DNA from: an uncultured Actinomycetes bacterium
GTDB lineage: Bacteria > Actinomycetota > Thermoleophilia > UBA2241
Length of the DNA stretch: 64,000 nt
Reading direction: 5' to 3'
Assembly: GCA_963709345.1 (NCBI GenBank)
Contig: CAVPVX010000003.1
Coordinates: forward strand, 1-64,000
Shown: positions 9,856-19,700 of the stretch, one piece after another
How positions within the stretch are numbered: the first letter of the stretch is position 1
Layout of the letters: every line of letters starts with the position of its first letter
The notes under the pieces: model-generated
The model's database searches: none
What the model was told of the DNA's origin: nothing
Seen by the model: only the letters and a program-made list of their open reading frames with translations
Translations under genes and position numbers: made by a program

Positions 9856-10662
9856 TCACCAGTCGGAGAACCCGGTGTTGTACCAGATCTTCTTGGTGCC
9901 CTTCTTGGCGCGCTTCTCCCACTTGCGCGTCTTGGGCTCCCGGTCGATGCGCGCCCGGACCTCGTCGGCCACCTGCCTGATCTTGGCCTTCTGGTCGTCG
10001 CTCAGCGCGTCCACCCCGCCGACGTGCTCCTTGACGCGGTCGAGGTTGGTGGTCGCCGTGTACCAGAAGCCCCAGTCGTCGGCAAAGCGCTCCGAGATGA
10101 ACTTGACGTTGACCTTCTTGGTGTCGTCCTCGCCGAAGTCGGCGACGGTGAACAGGTACTCGATGTCCTTGAGGTCCTTGTCGTTGATCTCCCAGATCTG
10201 CAGCTTCTGCAGCAGGATGTCCGCCAGCGACACGCTCCACGGATCGAGCTCGAGACGGCCCGCGTAGCTGATCTCGTGGCAGTAGTCGAGCTTGTCGAAG
10301 AAGATGTCGATCATGGGGACCTTGCCGCCGAAGTAGATCTGGCGGGTCTGGCCGGTCATCGCCATCGTCTGCAGGTCGTTCTCGTAGCCGAGGGACTCCA
10401 TCAGCTTCGCCATGCCCTTGCGGCCCTTGCCGTAGACGGCGTAGTCGATGTCGGTGAAGTACCGGTCGCCCAGCCGCTCGAGCTTGGCGTACAGGTCGAC
10501 CTGGTCGGGGAAGTAGTAGTGTAAGGCCAGTGGGCCCATGACGCGCATGGTGATGCCGACCTTCTGAGCCTCTTCCGCGATGCGCTTTCCCTCTTCGAGA
10601 AACACCTCGGGCTTCGGGTACTGGTCGAGCGGGATGTCCTTCGGCAGGATGAACTGTCCCAT
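9856..10662 (-). CDS. Uncharacterised protein, putative Pol-beta-fold nucleotidyltransferase-like
   Basis: Typical codon usage, GGGGG upstream; VMGPLAL...TDIDY and IDIFFD resemble the hG[GS]...DhD plus third-Asp NTase pattern. Confidence 0.7.
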   Translation of the reverse strand: MGQFILPKDIPLDQYPKPEVFLEEGKRIAEEAQKVGITMRVMGPLALHYYFPDQVDLYAKLERLGDRYFTDIDYAVYGKGRKGMAKLMESLGYENDLQTMAMTGQTRQIYFGGKVPMIDIFFDKLDYCHEISYAGRLELDPWSVSLADILLQKLQIWEINDKDLKDIEYLFTVADFGEDDTKKVNVKFISERFADDWGFWYTATTNLDRVKEHVGGVDALSDDQKAKIRQVADEVRARIDREPKTRKWEKRAKKGTKKIWYNTGFSDW

Positions 10663-10723
10663 ATGTACGTATCGCCCCCTTCCGGGCTTCGGCGTCGTGA
10701 CGAACGGTTAGTTTACGCGCCGC

Positions 10724-11656
10724 TCACCCGGAGGTGAAGACGTAGTCCTTGATCTTCTTCTTGTCGAGCATGACGATGACGCCCTTGAGGATACCCTCGG
10801 AGTACTCGCTGCCGGGGTTGATCATCAGGGTCTTGCCGGCCTTCTGGGCGCCACGTGATTCGTGGATGTGCCCGAAGAGACCGAGCAGCGGCTGGTTCTC
10901 CTCGATGAGCTTCTTGGCGCCGATGCTGCCGGCGTGGATCTTCTCGTCGGCGGCCATCGTGAGGTTCTCGTCGAGCTTGGGGCACAGGTCCAGAGAGTAG
11001 CCGTGCGGCGGCACGTGGAAGTTGTAGATCGCCGTGGACTGGTTCTTGATCGGCGCCACGAGGTCACGCAGCTTCTTCTCGAGGTCTTCCTCGCTCAGCT
11101 CGCGCGGCGTCTGCCACGGCGTCGGGTTGGAGTACGACGAGGTGGCCATCTCGTGACCGTCGAGATCGACGATGCGACCGTCGCACGGATGCACGAGCTT
11201 GGCGTTGTCGATCATCTCGTCGATCACGAACCAGTCGTCGTTACCCGGAGCCATGAACATCTGGAAGGGCTTGCCCTCGAGACGCTCGTCGGCGAGGTCG
11301 AGCCACTCCTGCACGCGCTCGAACACGAGGCTCTTGAACAGCGCGTCGATCTTGGCGGGATCCGCGCGGGTCTCATCGAACTCCTCGCGCGTCTGGTGGG
11401 CCCAGTAGTAGCCCGCGTTCTCGGTGACTTTCTTGATCTCGGCAAGCTCGTCCTTGCCGTTGATCTCGCGGTACTGCCCCATCAGGGTGCATTCCCACTG
11501 GTCCCCGCCCTTTTCGACGAGCGGTACGAGGACCTTGCCGGTGAGGTCACCGAGAAGGACGGCCACGTCGGCGCCATAGATCGGAAGCGCGTTCAGGAAC
11601 TTCCGGTAGCACACGTTCGAGCCGTGGATGTCGGTGACGAAGAACAGTTTGATCAT
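10724..11656 (-). CDS. Calcineurin-like metallophosphoesterase (Icc-related)
   Basis: All five motifs present: TDIHG, GDLTG, GNDD, HVPP, GHIHE. Confidence 0.9.
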   Translation of the reverse strand: MIKLFFVTDIHGSNVCYRKFLNALPIYGADVAVLLGDLTGKVLVPLVEKGGDQWECTLMGQYREINGKDELAEIKKVTENAGYYWAHQTREEFDETRADPAKIDALFKSLVFERVQEWLDLADERLEGKPFQMFMAPGNDDWFVIDEMIDNAKLVHPCDGRIVDLDGHEMATSSYSNPTPWQTPRELSEEDLEKKLRDLVAPIKNQSTAIYNFHVPPHGYSLDLCPKLDENLTMAADEKIHAGSIGAKKLIEENQPLLGLFGHIHESRGAQKAGKTLMINPGSEYSEGILKGVIVMLDKKKIKDYVFTSG

Positions 11657-11677
11657 CTACACACTCCAGAGAAGGTG

Positions 11678-11707
11678 GGAGGGCGGGGGCAGACGCCCCC
11701 GCCCTCC
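11678..11707. terminator. Intra-operon GC hairpin (attenuating or mRNA-stabilising)
   Basis: Perfect 13-bp stem GGAGGGCGGGGGC-agac-GCCCCCGCCCTCC between the permease and the phosphoesterase; no U-tract. Confidence 0.5.
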
Positions 11708-11722
11708 AAAGGTACTGCTAGA

Positions 11723-13378
11723 TCACTCCGGCGGCAACTCGCCGTAGGTCATCGAGACGTCGACGCCCACGCTCTTGCTGCGCTGCTTCCAGAAGAGATA
11801 CCAGAGGATACCCAGGATCCACGTGATGATGATGAGTACCAGGGTGCTGGTGGTGAAGCCCTCGAGGCGCTTGGCCGGGTCGGGCAGGAAGAAGAAGAAG
11901 TACGCCAGGATGCCCAGGTACACGAGCTGGACGATCGCGCCCAGCGTGACCACGGGGATTCCGGCGAGCTTCCAGGACTTGTACGGCGACGCGTCCCAGA
12001 TGCCGCGCGCCCTCTTCACGTAAGGGAAGACGAGGGCGGCGATGGCGGTCACGCCGAACACGGAGAAGATCTCGAGAGCGGTGACGGCCAGCCCCTGCAT
12101 CGCCTCGTTCTGCCAGAAGACGTACACGGCGATCATGATCTGGCCGAGGATGAAGCACAGGATGTGGTTCTTGACGGGGCTCGCGAAGCGCGGGTTGATG
12201 TCCGTGAACCACTTCGGACCCATGCGGTCCATGCCCCAGGCGAAGATGATGCGCGGGAAGGCGAGGTACGACAGCGCGATCCACCAGAGGTTGAAGGCCA
12301 GGAACGAGAGCACCGAGATGAACAGGATGATCTTGTTCTGGTTGACCATGGCAAGCAGGCCGAGGAAGTTGGTGCTCCACGGAACCGTGTATCCCTCGAT
12401 CACGTCGGTGCCGGCGTTGTCGACGAACTGCGTGGCGCTGAAGAAGTCGAACGGCACCAGCGCGTACAGCGAGATCGCCGCCCAGAGCATGAATGCGCCC
12501 GGGACGAGGATGGCGAAGAGATTGGACAGGATGATGGTCTTGTCGGGGCGCTTGACCTCTCCGGCGATGAATGTGATGCAGTAGCTGTACGCGAACAGCC
12601 ACGAGCCGGCGACCATGACGCCGAAGGTGTCGAACCAGTTCCAGGTGGTCGGCATGGCGGTGCCGGACGCCTCGTTGACCGACGAGAGGAAGGTCGTGTA
12701 GTCGAGCGAGCCGTACGCGCTCGCGATGCTGTTCCAGCCCTCCTGGAAGCCGCTCTGGCCCTTCGTGATCGCCGCGACGCTGATGGCCGCGAGCAACACG
12801 CTACAGCCGCCGATGCCGAAGATCATGACGACCTTCTGGATGCGCGCGAACCACTTGATGCCGAAGACCACGAAGAAGAAGGCGATGATGTTTGCGATCG
12901 AGGCGACGATGAAGGCGCCCCAGTAGTAGTCCAGCCCGCCGAAGAAGGTCTCGTTGGCGCTGTCGTAGAGCCAGGTCCAGTCCATGAACTGCGACATCAT
13001 CACCAAGCCCGGGTCCGCCGTCCACGGCGCCAGCACGTAGATCCACATGATCCACACGAAGGCGTTGCCGAAAGACTCGCCGATACCCACGATGGGGTGG
13101 ATGATGCGCGAGTTGTAGATGTACTCGCCGCCCGAACGGGGCATCGAGCCGCCCAGCACGCCCCAGACGATCGGGAAGCCGATGCCGGCAAGGACCATCG
13201 AGATGATGGTGGCCCAGATCAGGTTGCCACCGAGGTAGACGCCGACGCCGAGGCTGGTCATGACCCAGATCGACGGGGTGAGCCCTTGGTTCATGAAGCC
13301 CACGCCGAAGGCGTCCCACATTGAGAGGCCGCGAACAAGGCCGCTGGCCTTTCTGGCAAACGCTAGTTCTTCAGCCAC
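11723..13378 (-). CDS. APC-superfamily amino acid/polyamine permease (paralog 1)
   Basis: About 12 TM segments; FARKASGLVRGLS, MPRSGGEYIYNSR, GEVKRP, RIIFAWGMDR. Confidence 0.9.
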   Translation of the reverse strand: MAEELAFARKASGLVRGLSMWDAFGVGFMNQGLTPSIWVMTSLGVGVYLGGNLIWATIISMVLAGIGFPIVWGVLGGSMPRSGGEYIYNSRIIHPIVGIGESFGNAFVWIMWIYVLAPWTADPGLVMMSQFMDWTWLYDSANETFFGGLDYYWGAFIVASIANIIAFFFVVFGIKWFARIQKVVMIFGIGGCSVLLAAISVAAITKGQSGFQEGWNSIASAYGSLDYTTFLSSVNEASGTAMPTTWNWFDTFGVMVAGSWLFAYSYCITFIAGEVKRPDKTIILSNLFAILVPGAFMLWAAISLYALVPFDFFSATQFVDNAGTDVIEGYTVPWSTNFLGLLAMVNQNKIILFISVLSFLAFNLWWIALSYLAFPRIIFAWGMDRMGPKWFTDINPRFASPVKNHILCFILGQIMIAVYVFWQNEAMQGLAVTALEIFSVFGVTAIAALVFPYVKRARGIWDASPYKSWKLAGIPVVTLGAIVQLVYLGILAYFFFFLPDPAKRLEGFTTSTLVLIIITWILGILWYLFWKQRSKSVGVDVSMTYGELPPE

Positions 13379-13474
13379 ATTCTCCCCCTTTGCTGATTCA
13401 ACGTCTCGCAGGCGAAGCCCCCCGCCGGCGATGTCGTCATTGGTGGTACGAGTGACGCACGAACGAGCTACGCC

Positions 13475-13966
13475 TCAGCCGATCGCCCTCCCTTCTTCAG
13501 CGGCCTCGGGCGGGACGTGCCACTGATAGACATCCTTGAGCTTCCACGGCACCATGGCGAGCTTGGTGCGCGTCACTCCAGGGACCTTGCCGATGACCTC
13601 GTTGACGAAGCGGAGAAGCTCCTCGGTGTCGCGGGCGTACACCTGCACGCTGAGGTCGCCGTCGCCGACCGATCCGGCCACGTAGCTCACCGTGGGGAAC
13701 TCGACCAGCTGGGCGGCGACGTCCTGCAGCTTGCCCGGGGCGACATCGACGAGCACGTCGCCGATCACGTCGAAGCCGACGGCCTGGGGCATGACGATCG
13801 CGCTCACGCGGATGACGCCGGTGCGCGTGAGCCGCTCGATGCGGTAGCGCACCGCACGCTCGGACACGTGCCCTATGCGCCGGGTGATCTCTGCCGACGA
13901 GATGCGACCGTCTTCGATGAGGAGAGACACGATCCTGCGGTCGATCGCATCAAGGGTGAATGGCAA
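13475..13966 (-). CDS. Lrp/AsnC family transcriptional regulator
   Basis: LDAIDRRIVSLLIEDGR...SERAVRYRIERL HTH plus RAM domain; TTG start 13966 with AGGGGG RBS preferred over the longer track ORF. Confidence 0.88.
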   Translation of the reverse strand: MPFTLDAIDRRIVSLLIEDGRISSAEITRRIGHVSERAVRYRIERLTRTGVIRVSAIVMPQAVGFDVIGDVLVDVAPGKLQDVAAQLVEFPTVSYVAGSVGDGDLSVQVYARDTEELLRFVNEVIGKVPGVTRTKLAMVPWKLKDVYQWHVPPEAAEEGRAIG

Positions 13967-14230
13967 CGCGACCCCCCTGGCCTGGTTCCATCCGTGGGGG
14001 TATTTCGATACCCAACGTAGGAAAATGTCAAGGGCTGAGCCGACCATGCAGGATTCGGCAGGCCGCGCATTTCGCACGCTGCCGAATCCTACGCCCGCCT
14101 TCACATCCGGCCGGATTTCGACGCGCAGGTATTGGGTGCAGGCGGTTTCGGCCGTTCAGCCGAAGGAGTCGCGCTCCGCCCGCGGGCGTCGGGCCTTCCC
14201 GGCCGGTCCGCGGCGATGCACACAGCGGGA

Positions 14231-14264
14231 CCGGGGCGGCGCGCCGTTCGGCGCGCCGCCCCGG
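14231..14264. terminator. Hairpin downstream of permease paralog 2
   Basis: CCGGGGCGGCGCGCC-gttc-GGCGCGCCGCCCCGG perfect 15-bp stem. Confidence 0.6.
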
Positions 14265-14315
14265 GATCCGTGCGTCACGCCGCGAGCGCGGCGCGAGCGG
14301 GAGATGCTGCGACCG

Positions 14316-15941
14316 TCACTCCGGCGGCAGCTCCCCGTAGGTCATGCCGACATCGACGCCGACGGTCTTGCTGCGCCACGCCCAGAAGAAGTACCAGGCG
14401 ATGCCGATCGCCCAGATGATCCCGTACAGGATCCACGACTGGCCGTTCGAGTCGCGCATCTCCTCTGTGAAGATGAGGAAGTAGAAGAGGATGCCGAGGT
14501 AGACGAGGCTGACCGCGGCGCCCCAGCTGACGAGCGGGATGCCGAGGAACTTCCACGTCTTGTAGGGTGACGACTCCCAGATCCCCTTGGCGCGCTTCAC
14601 GTAGGGGAAGACGAGCGCCGCGATCGTGGTCACGCCCCAGACGGAGACGATCTCCATGCCGGTGATCGTGAGACCCTGCATGTAGCTGCCCAGCCAGAAG
14701 GTGTAGAGCGCGATCGCCGCCTGGCAGAGGACGAAGCAGAGGATGTAGTTCTTGACCGGGCTCGCCCAGCGCGGGTTGATCGAGGTGAACCACTTGGGAC
14801 CCATGCGGTCCATGCCCCAGGCGAAGATGATCCGCGGGAAGGCGAGGTAGCTGAGCGCCAGGTACCAGAAGGTGAAGAGGATGTACGAGCCGCTCGCCGC
14901 CAGGGCGATGAACCAGTTCGAGTTGGCGACGTAGGCGAGGCTCATGTAACTCGGCAGGAAGGGCAGGTTGTAGCCCTCGATGCCGCCGTTGTTGTCGATC
15001 CACGCCGTCGCCGAGATGAAGTCGAAGGGCATCGTCGCGTACATCGAGAGGGCCGTCCAGATCATGAACACGGCCGGGATGAGGATGGCGATGAAGTTGG
15101 CGGTGATCAGCGTCTTGTCGGGGCGCTTGACCTCGCCGGCGACGAAGACGCAGAAGTAGGCGTAGGCGAAGAGCCACGAGCCGGCGACCATCACACCGAG
15201 GGTGCCGTAGAGCGTGGAACTGGTCGGCACCGCCTCGCCGAGCTCGGCGGCCACGGCGGGCACGACCTCGGAGAACTTGAGCGAGTCGTGCTGAGCCGCG
15301 AGCACGTCCCACTTCTCGGCGAAGCCGGCCTTGCCGGCGATCATGATGGAGCCGGTGACCACCGCGGCGCCGCCGAGGGCGAGGATCATGATCACCTTCT
15401 GGATGCTGGCGAAGATCTTGACGCCGAAGACCATCGTGAGCACGGCGAGGACGTTTGCGACGGTGGCGACGATGAACACGCCCCACTCGTAGCCGACGCC
15501 GCCGAAGAAGAGCCCGGTGGCGCTGTCGTAGAGCCAGGTCCAGCCCTGGTACTCGGCGAAGATGACGAGCCCCGGGTCGGCGATCCACGGCGCCAGGACG
15601 TACACCCAGAAGATCATCACGAAGGCGTTGCCGAAGCTCTCGGCGATGCCGACGATCGGATGGATGATGCGCGAGTTGTAGATGTACTCGCCGCCGGAGC
15701 GCGGCATCGAGCCGGAGAGCACGCCCCAGACGAGTGGGAAGCCGAAGCCGACGAGGACGAGTGAGATCACGCTCGCCCAGAGCAGGTTGCCGGTGAGATA
15801 GGTGCCGAGACCCCAGGTGATCATCGTCCAGATGCTCGGCGTGATCCCCTGGTTCATCATGCCGACGGCGATGGCGTCGGTCATCGAGAGGCCGCGGACG
15901 AGGCCGCTGGCTTTTCGTGCGAATGCGAGTTCTTCTGCCAC
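14316..15941 (-). CDS. APC-superfamily amino acid/polyamine permease (paralog 2)
   Basis: Same motifs as paralog 1; GTG start 15941 with AAAGGGGGG upstream mirrors the paralog 1 start. Confidence 0.9.
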   Translation of the reverse strand: MAEELAFARKASGLVRGLSMTDAIAVGMMNQGITPSIWTMITWGLGTYLTGNLLWASVISLVLVGFGFPLVWGVLSGSMPRSGGEYIYNSRIIHPIVGIAESFGNAFVMIFWVYVLAPWIADPGLVIFAEYQGWTWLYDSATGLFFGGVGYEWGVFIVATVANVLAVLTMVFGVKIFASIQKVIMILALGGAAVVTGSIMIAGKAGFAEKWDVLAAQHDSLKFSEVVPAVAAELGEAVPTSSTLYGTLGVMVAGSWLFAYAYFCVFVAGEVKRPDKTLITANFIAILIPAVFMIWTALSMYATMPFDFISATAWIDNNGGIEGYNLPFLPSYMSLAYVANSNWFIALAASGSYILFTFWYLALSYLAFPRIIFAWGMDRMGPKWFTSINPRWASPVKNYILCFVLCQAAIALYTFWLGSYMQGLTITGMEIVSVWGVTTIAALVFPYVKRAKGIWESSPYKTWKFLGIPLVSWGAAVSLVYLGILFYFLIFTEEMRDSNGQSWILYGIIWAIGIAWYFFWAWRSKTVGVDVGMTYGELPPE

Positions 15942-16182
15942 ATTCCCCCCTTTGCGTGCAGGCGTTGCGCCGGCCCCGGGCGACGGTCCACGTTCGTAGT
16001 GCTCAGGTCTGTCGCTGTTCCGTCCCACCCCCCAGATCGGCTCGCTCAATGCACAGTTGCTTGCTCACCCAACGAAAGATATGTGCTCGGGCCGCCGCTA
16101 CGCAAGGGGCAGAACCAAATGGCCCGGGCCCGGCGACACCTCCGCGGCGTCGTCGGGCCCGGGCCTGCGGTTGCGGGCCGCC

Positions 16183-18096
16183 TCAGCCGCCCTGGGCACG
16201 CACCGGCGGCCGTGATCTCCTCGGGACCGCTCACGACCTTCGACGGCGTCGAACTTGCAGGCGGCACGGCAGGCGTCGCAGCGGATGCAGAGCGCCTGGT
16301 CGATCGATGTGCAGCTGCTTCTTCTCGCCGGTGATCGCGTCGACCGGGCACTTCTTGACGCACAGCGTGCAGCCGGTACACGCGTCCGGGTCGATGGCGT
16401 AGGCGATCAGGGCGTCGCAGGCGCGCGCGGGACAGCGGTGGTCGTCGATGTGCGCCTCGTACTCGTCGCGGAAGTAGCGCAGAGTCGTGAGCACCGGGTT
16501 CGGCGCCGTCTGGCCGAGGCCGCAGAGACTGGTCTTCTTGATGGTGACGGCGAGTTTCTCCAGCTTCTCGATGTCGCCGTCCGCGCCCTCGACCGGCGCA
16601 GATACGCTCGAGGATCTCCAGCATGCGCTTGGTGCCGAGGCGGCAGGGCACGCACTTGCCGCAGCTCTCGTTCTGGGTGAAGTGCAGGAAGTACCGGGCG
16701 AGGTCGACCATGCAGGTGCTGTCGTCGACCACGACCATGCCGCCCGAGCCCACGATGGCGCCGGTCTCGGCGAGGCTCTCGTAGTCGACCGGGGTGTCGA
16801 GCAGGTCGGCCGGGACGCAGCCGCCCGACGGACCGCCGATCTGCACGGCCTTGAACTCCTTGCCGTCCTTGATGCCGCCGCCGATGTCGAAGATCACGTG
16901 ACGCAGCGTGGTGCCCATGGGCACCTCGGCGAGGCCACCGTTCGACGATCTTGCCGGCCAGGCGAAGACCTTGGTGCCCTTGCAGGTCTCGTTGCCGTAT
17001 GCGGCGTAGGCCTCGGCGCCGTTGGCGATGATCCACGGCACGTTGGCGTAGGTCTCGACGTTGTTGATGTTGGTCGGCTTGCCCCACAGCCCGGAGACCG
17101 CCGGGAACGGCGGGCGCGTGCGCGGCATGCCGCGCTTGCCCTCGATGCGAGGCGATCAGCGCCGTCTCCTCGCCGCAGACGAAAGCCCCGGCGCCTTCCT
17201 TGATCTTGAGGTCGGAAGCGAAAGCCGCTGCCGAGGATGTCGTCGCCGAGAAAGCCACGCTCCTCCGCCGCCGTCGATGGCGAGCCGCAGACGCTTCACG
17301 GCGAAGCGGATACTCGGCGCGCACGTAGACGTAGCCCTCGTGCGCGCCGATGGCGTAGGCGGCGATGAGCATGCCCTCGAGCACCGCGTGCGGGTCGCCC
17401 TCGAGCACCGAGCGGTCCATGAACGCGCCGGGGTCGCCCTCGTCGCCGTTGCAGATGACGTATTTCGACGCCGCCCGGCGAGGCGGCGGCGAACTTCCAC
17501 TTCATGCCCGTCGGGAAGCCCGCGCCGCCGCGGCCGCGAAGGCCTGACGCGAGGACTTCCTCGATGATCCCCTCGGGAGTCATCGTCGTCAGTGCCTTGC
17601 GCGCCGCTTCGTAGCCGCCGCGCGCCAGGTATTCGTCCAGGCTCTCGGGGTCGATGACGCCGACGTCGCGCAGAGCGATGCGGGTCTGGGCCTTGTAGAA
17701 GGGGATGTCGTGCGCGCAGGCGATGCGCTCACCCGACGCAGGATCGACGTACAGGAGATTCTCGACGACGGACCCGCCGACGAGATGCTTGTCGACGATC
17801 GTCTTCACGTCTTTGAGCTTGAGCCGCGGGTAGTAGGTGTCGCCGTCCGACACGACCGCGAGCGGCCCCTGGGAGCAGAGCCCGTGGCAGCCGATGATCG
17901 CGACCTCGACTTCGGCCTCCAGTCCAGCGGCGGCGATCTCGGCAACGAGCGCGTCGTGGATCTTCATCGAGCCGGCGAACACGCAGGCGGTGCCGGCGCA
18001 GACCGACACACGGCGCCGGCCGTCGGTCCCCGTTTCGACGCCGACCCTGACGCCTTCCGCAGGAATGGGGGCGCCGACGTGGTTCTCCTCAGGCAT
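16183..18096 (-). CDS. HydB/NuoF-like NADH-binding flavoprotein subunit (N-terminal 2Fe-2S, C-terminal 2x[4Fe-4S]); frameshifted in this sequence
   Basis: Pieces across frames: [97 protein letters not shown]; 3' end approximate. Confidence 0.85.
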
Positions 18097-18640
18097 CGGA
18101 GCCGCCCTCCTTCTCGCTCACGATCTGCTGGTACAGCTTGCGCGCGATCTTGCGCGTCTCGTCGGCGCTGAGGTTGCCGTACGTCTCGTCGTCGACGCGC
18201 ATCACCGGCGCCTGCGAGCAGGCGCCCATGCAGGCGACGGAGTCGAGACTGACCTCCATGTCGGCGCGGGTCTCGCCCTCGGCCACCTGGAGCTCCTGCT
18301 CGAGCGCCTCGGTGATGCGCGTCGCGCCGGCTACGTGGCAGGCGGTGCCGTGACACACGCAGACCTTGTGGCGCCCGCTGGGCACGGTGCTGAACTGGGC
18401 GTAGAACGTGATGATGCCGTAGATCCGTGACGCCGGCACGCCGCTCAGGCGGGAGATCTCGTCGACCACCGGCTCGGGCAGGTAGCCGAAGAGGTTCTGG
18501 GCGCGCTGCAGCAACGCGATCAGGTTGCCGTGCGGGTCGATCTCATTGACGACCGTGAGCACCTGCTCGAGGTCGATGTCGAGATCGGGGGTGTCGGCCA
18601 CGGCGCCGACGGCCTCGCTGCGGGTCTCTCGCCTGGGCAT
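18089..18640 (-). CDS. HydC/NuoE-like 2Fe-2S subunit
   Basis: [33 protein letters not shown]. Confidence 0.9.
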   Translation of the reverse strand: MPRRETRSEAVGAVADTPDLDIDLEQVLTVVNEIDPHGNLIALLQRAQNLFGYLPEPVVDEISRLSGVPASRIYGIITFYAQFSTVPSGRHKVCVCHGTACHVAGATRITEALEQELQVAEGETRADMEVSLDSVACMGACSQAPVMRVDDETYGNLSADETRKIARKLYQQIVSEKEGGSDA

Positions 18641-18813
18641 CGCATCAACTCCACGTCGCGTTCCGCATTCGTCGGGCGACCGTGGCCGCAAGGCCCTCCG
18701 GTCGCCCTCCTTCCCGATTCTTGTCGTGCGTAACTCTCTCTAGTCAACCACAACCGGCGGGCGGCGGGTACCGCGGCCCAGGGGGCCGCCGCGCCCGCCG
18801 CCCGACGCGCGTA

Positions 18814-19668
18814 TCAGCTGACGCCCGTCTGCGCCTTGCAGGCGATGAGGGCGTTCTTGAGCAGGATGACGTTGGTGACGGGGCCCACGCCGCCGGGCAC
18901 CGGCGTCACGCGGCCGGCGACCTCGCAAACGGCCTCGAACTCGAGCGATCCGACCTGCTTGCCCTCGACGCGGATCGTGGTGACGTCGATCACCACGGCG
19001 CCGGGCTTGATCATGTCGGCCTTGATCAGGTTCTGCACGGGAGCCGCGCAGATGAGCACATCGGCCTCGCGGCAGGCTGCGGGCACGTCCTTGCTGAACA
19101 CATGCACGACGTGGACCGAGGCGTTGCGATTGAGGCAGAGCAGCGCGACGGGCTTGCCGACGATGTTCGAGTGATTGACGATCGTGACGTCGAGGCCCTG
19201 CAGCTCGATGCCCTCGCGATCGAGGATCTCGATGCAGGCACTCGGCGTGGCCGGCGCGAAGAGCTGGTCGCCGAGCAGCACGTGGCCGATGTTGGCCGGG
19301 TTGACGCAGTCGAGGTCCTTCTCCGGAGCGATGGCGTTGAAGACGGCGTTCTGCTCGATCGCGGCGTCCATGGGCATGAGCGCGAGGATCCCGTGGACGG
19401 CGGCGTCGGCGTTCAGCGTGGCGATGAGCGCGAGGATCTCGGCCTCGCTCGCGCCGGCCGGGAGAGTGTGGTTGAAGTAGTTGAATCCCACCGTGGCGGT
19501 GTTCTTCTCGATCTGGCCGCGGTAGAACTGCGCGCCGCCGTCCTCGCCGACGAGGATCGTCGCGACGCCGGGCTTGACGCCGCAGGTCGCGAGCTTGGCG
19601 ACCTCGGCCTTGATCTCTTCGCGTACCTGTTCGGCGATCGCCTTGCCGTCGATGATCTGAGCTGCCAT
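18814..19668 (-). CDS. folD: Methylene-THF dehydrogenase (FolD family, probably monofunctional)
   Basis: IIDGKAIA, PATP, SNIVGKP, TPVPGGVGPVT. Confidence 0.92.
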   Translation of the reverse strand: MAAQIIDGKAIAEQVREEIKAEVAKLATCGVKPGVATILVGEDGGAQFYRGQIEKNTATVGFNYFNHTLPAGASEAEILALIATLNADAAVHGILALMPMDAAIEQNAVFNAIAPEKDLDCVNPANIGHVLLGDQLFAPATPSACIEILDREGIELQGLDVTIVNHSNIVGKPVALLCLNRNASVHVVHVFSKDVPAACREADVLICAAPVQNLIKADMIKPGAVVIDVTTIRVEGKQVGSLEFEAVCEVAGRVTPVPGGVGPVTNVILLKNALIACKAQTGVS

Positions 19669-19700
19669 TGCGTCCCTCTCGTGTGTGGTCGGGGTGATGG

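Noticed and set aside
16183-18096. Programmed frameshifting or selenocysteine recoding in the HydB-like gene
   Set aside because: Too many irregular indels, no slippery heptamers noticed and no in-frame TGA at Cys positions
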